This document shows positions 24,091 through 24,377 of a DNA stretch of 24,377 bases, piece after piece. Position 1 is the first letter of the stretch. Every line of letters starts with the position of its first letter. The notes under the pieces are model-generated. The model was not told the DNA's origin and did not search any database. It saw only the letters and a program-made list of their open reading frames with translations. This DNA comes from an uncultured Candidatus Bathyarchaeia archaeon (GTDB lineage Archaea > Thermoproteota > Bathyarchaeia > 40CM-2-53-6 > CAZAQQ01), in the NCBI GenBank assembly GCA_964487485.1, contig CAZAQQ010000003.1:1-24377 (forward strand), in the 5' to 3' direction. Both the position numbers and the translations under genes were made by a program.

Positions 24091-24377
24091 TCAGCGTGCC
24101 GGAACCTTAACTTTAATGAGACCCCACTTTGTCAATACTTCTCTGATCTTTGCCTTGAATTTATCGGGTATGTCTGGTAGCTGTGGAGGCCTTGACCATT
24201 CTCCATCTCCGGTTGGGTAGCCCATTAAAGAAGCCCAGTACTTGTAGGCTGCCTGGCAGTGTGAGAAGTAGCCCGGACGATTCTCAGACACGAATGTTAA
24301 CATGAAAGTGTCCATGATGTCCCTAACGCCAGTACCATAGTATTTTCGGATCGCATCATCAAACTTTCCGGCTATCT
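24091..24377 (-). CDS. 3' end of a probable DapA/NanA-family (class I aldolase) gene entering from beyond the window
   Basis: Frame is open to the window edge (IAGKFDDAIRKYYGTGVRDIMDTF...). YWASLMGYPTG...RPPQLPDIPDKFKAKIREVLTKWGL resembles the DHDPS-family C-terminus. A T8 tract follows on the minus strand. Confidence 0.5.
   Translation of the reverse strand, partial: IAGKFDDAIRKYYGTGVRDIMDTFMLTFVSENRPGYFSHCQAAYKYWASLMGYPTGDGEWSRPPQLPDIPDKFKAKIREVLTKWGLIKVKVPAR

Noticed and set aside
1-24377. CRISPR array, rRNA, tRNA or intact IS element
   Set aside because: No regularly spaced repeats, no RNA gene folds and no transposase motifs were seen; the only periodic repeat (33 bp, 8713-8791) is within a coding sequence.

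Overview
Archaeal-looking accessory metabolic region. Evidence for archaeal origin: GGAGG/GGTGA ribosome-binding sites, many TTG/GTG starts, TATA-like promoters and U-rich terminators; the taxon cannot be fixed from sequence alone, although the gene mix would fit Bathyarchaeia or similar anaerobes. The left edge has the 5' end of a secreted C39-like peptidase gene missed by the ORF track, a probable tyrosine-integrase remnant and a palindrome-rich intergenic tract. The core holds a cupin, a PaaK-family acyl-CoA ligase, a Gct/IpdAB-type CoA-transferase pair that appears to lack the canonical catalytic Glu, a corrinoid protein plus a Zn-thiol (MtaA/CmuA-type) methyltransferase, a frameshifted C_GCAxxG_C_C gene, WrbA, a single-chain MtaA-like/MtaC-like methyltransferase-corrinoid fusion, a Liv-type ABC importer with a Tat-exported binding protein, OsmC, a small Cys-rich protein, two MFS transporters, an alpha/beta-hydrolase with Ala at the nucleophile position, an ABM-like protein and a DapA-like gene end. 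No substrate-specific MT1 (MtaB/MttB/MtmB type) is present in the window. Two small islets (about 0.84 and 1.26 kb) each lie between a gene's current 3' end and a diverged, decayed second copy of that 3' end. One carries a coiled-coil repeat gene, the other a single-chain HEPN-MNT toxin-antitoxin fusion. No tRNA, rRNA or CRISPR array was found. Family comparisons are from memory of the families, not from database searches.
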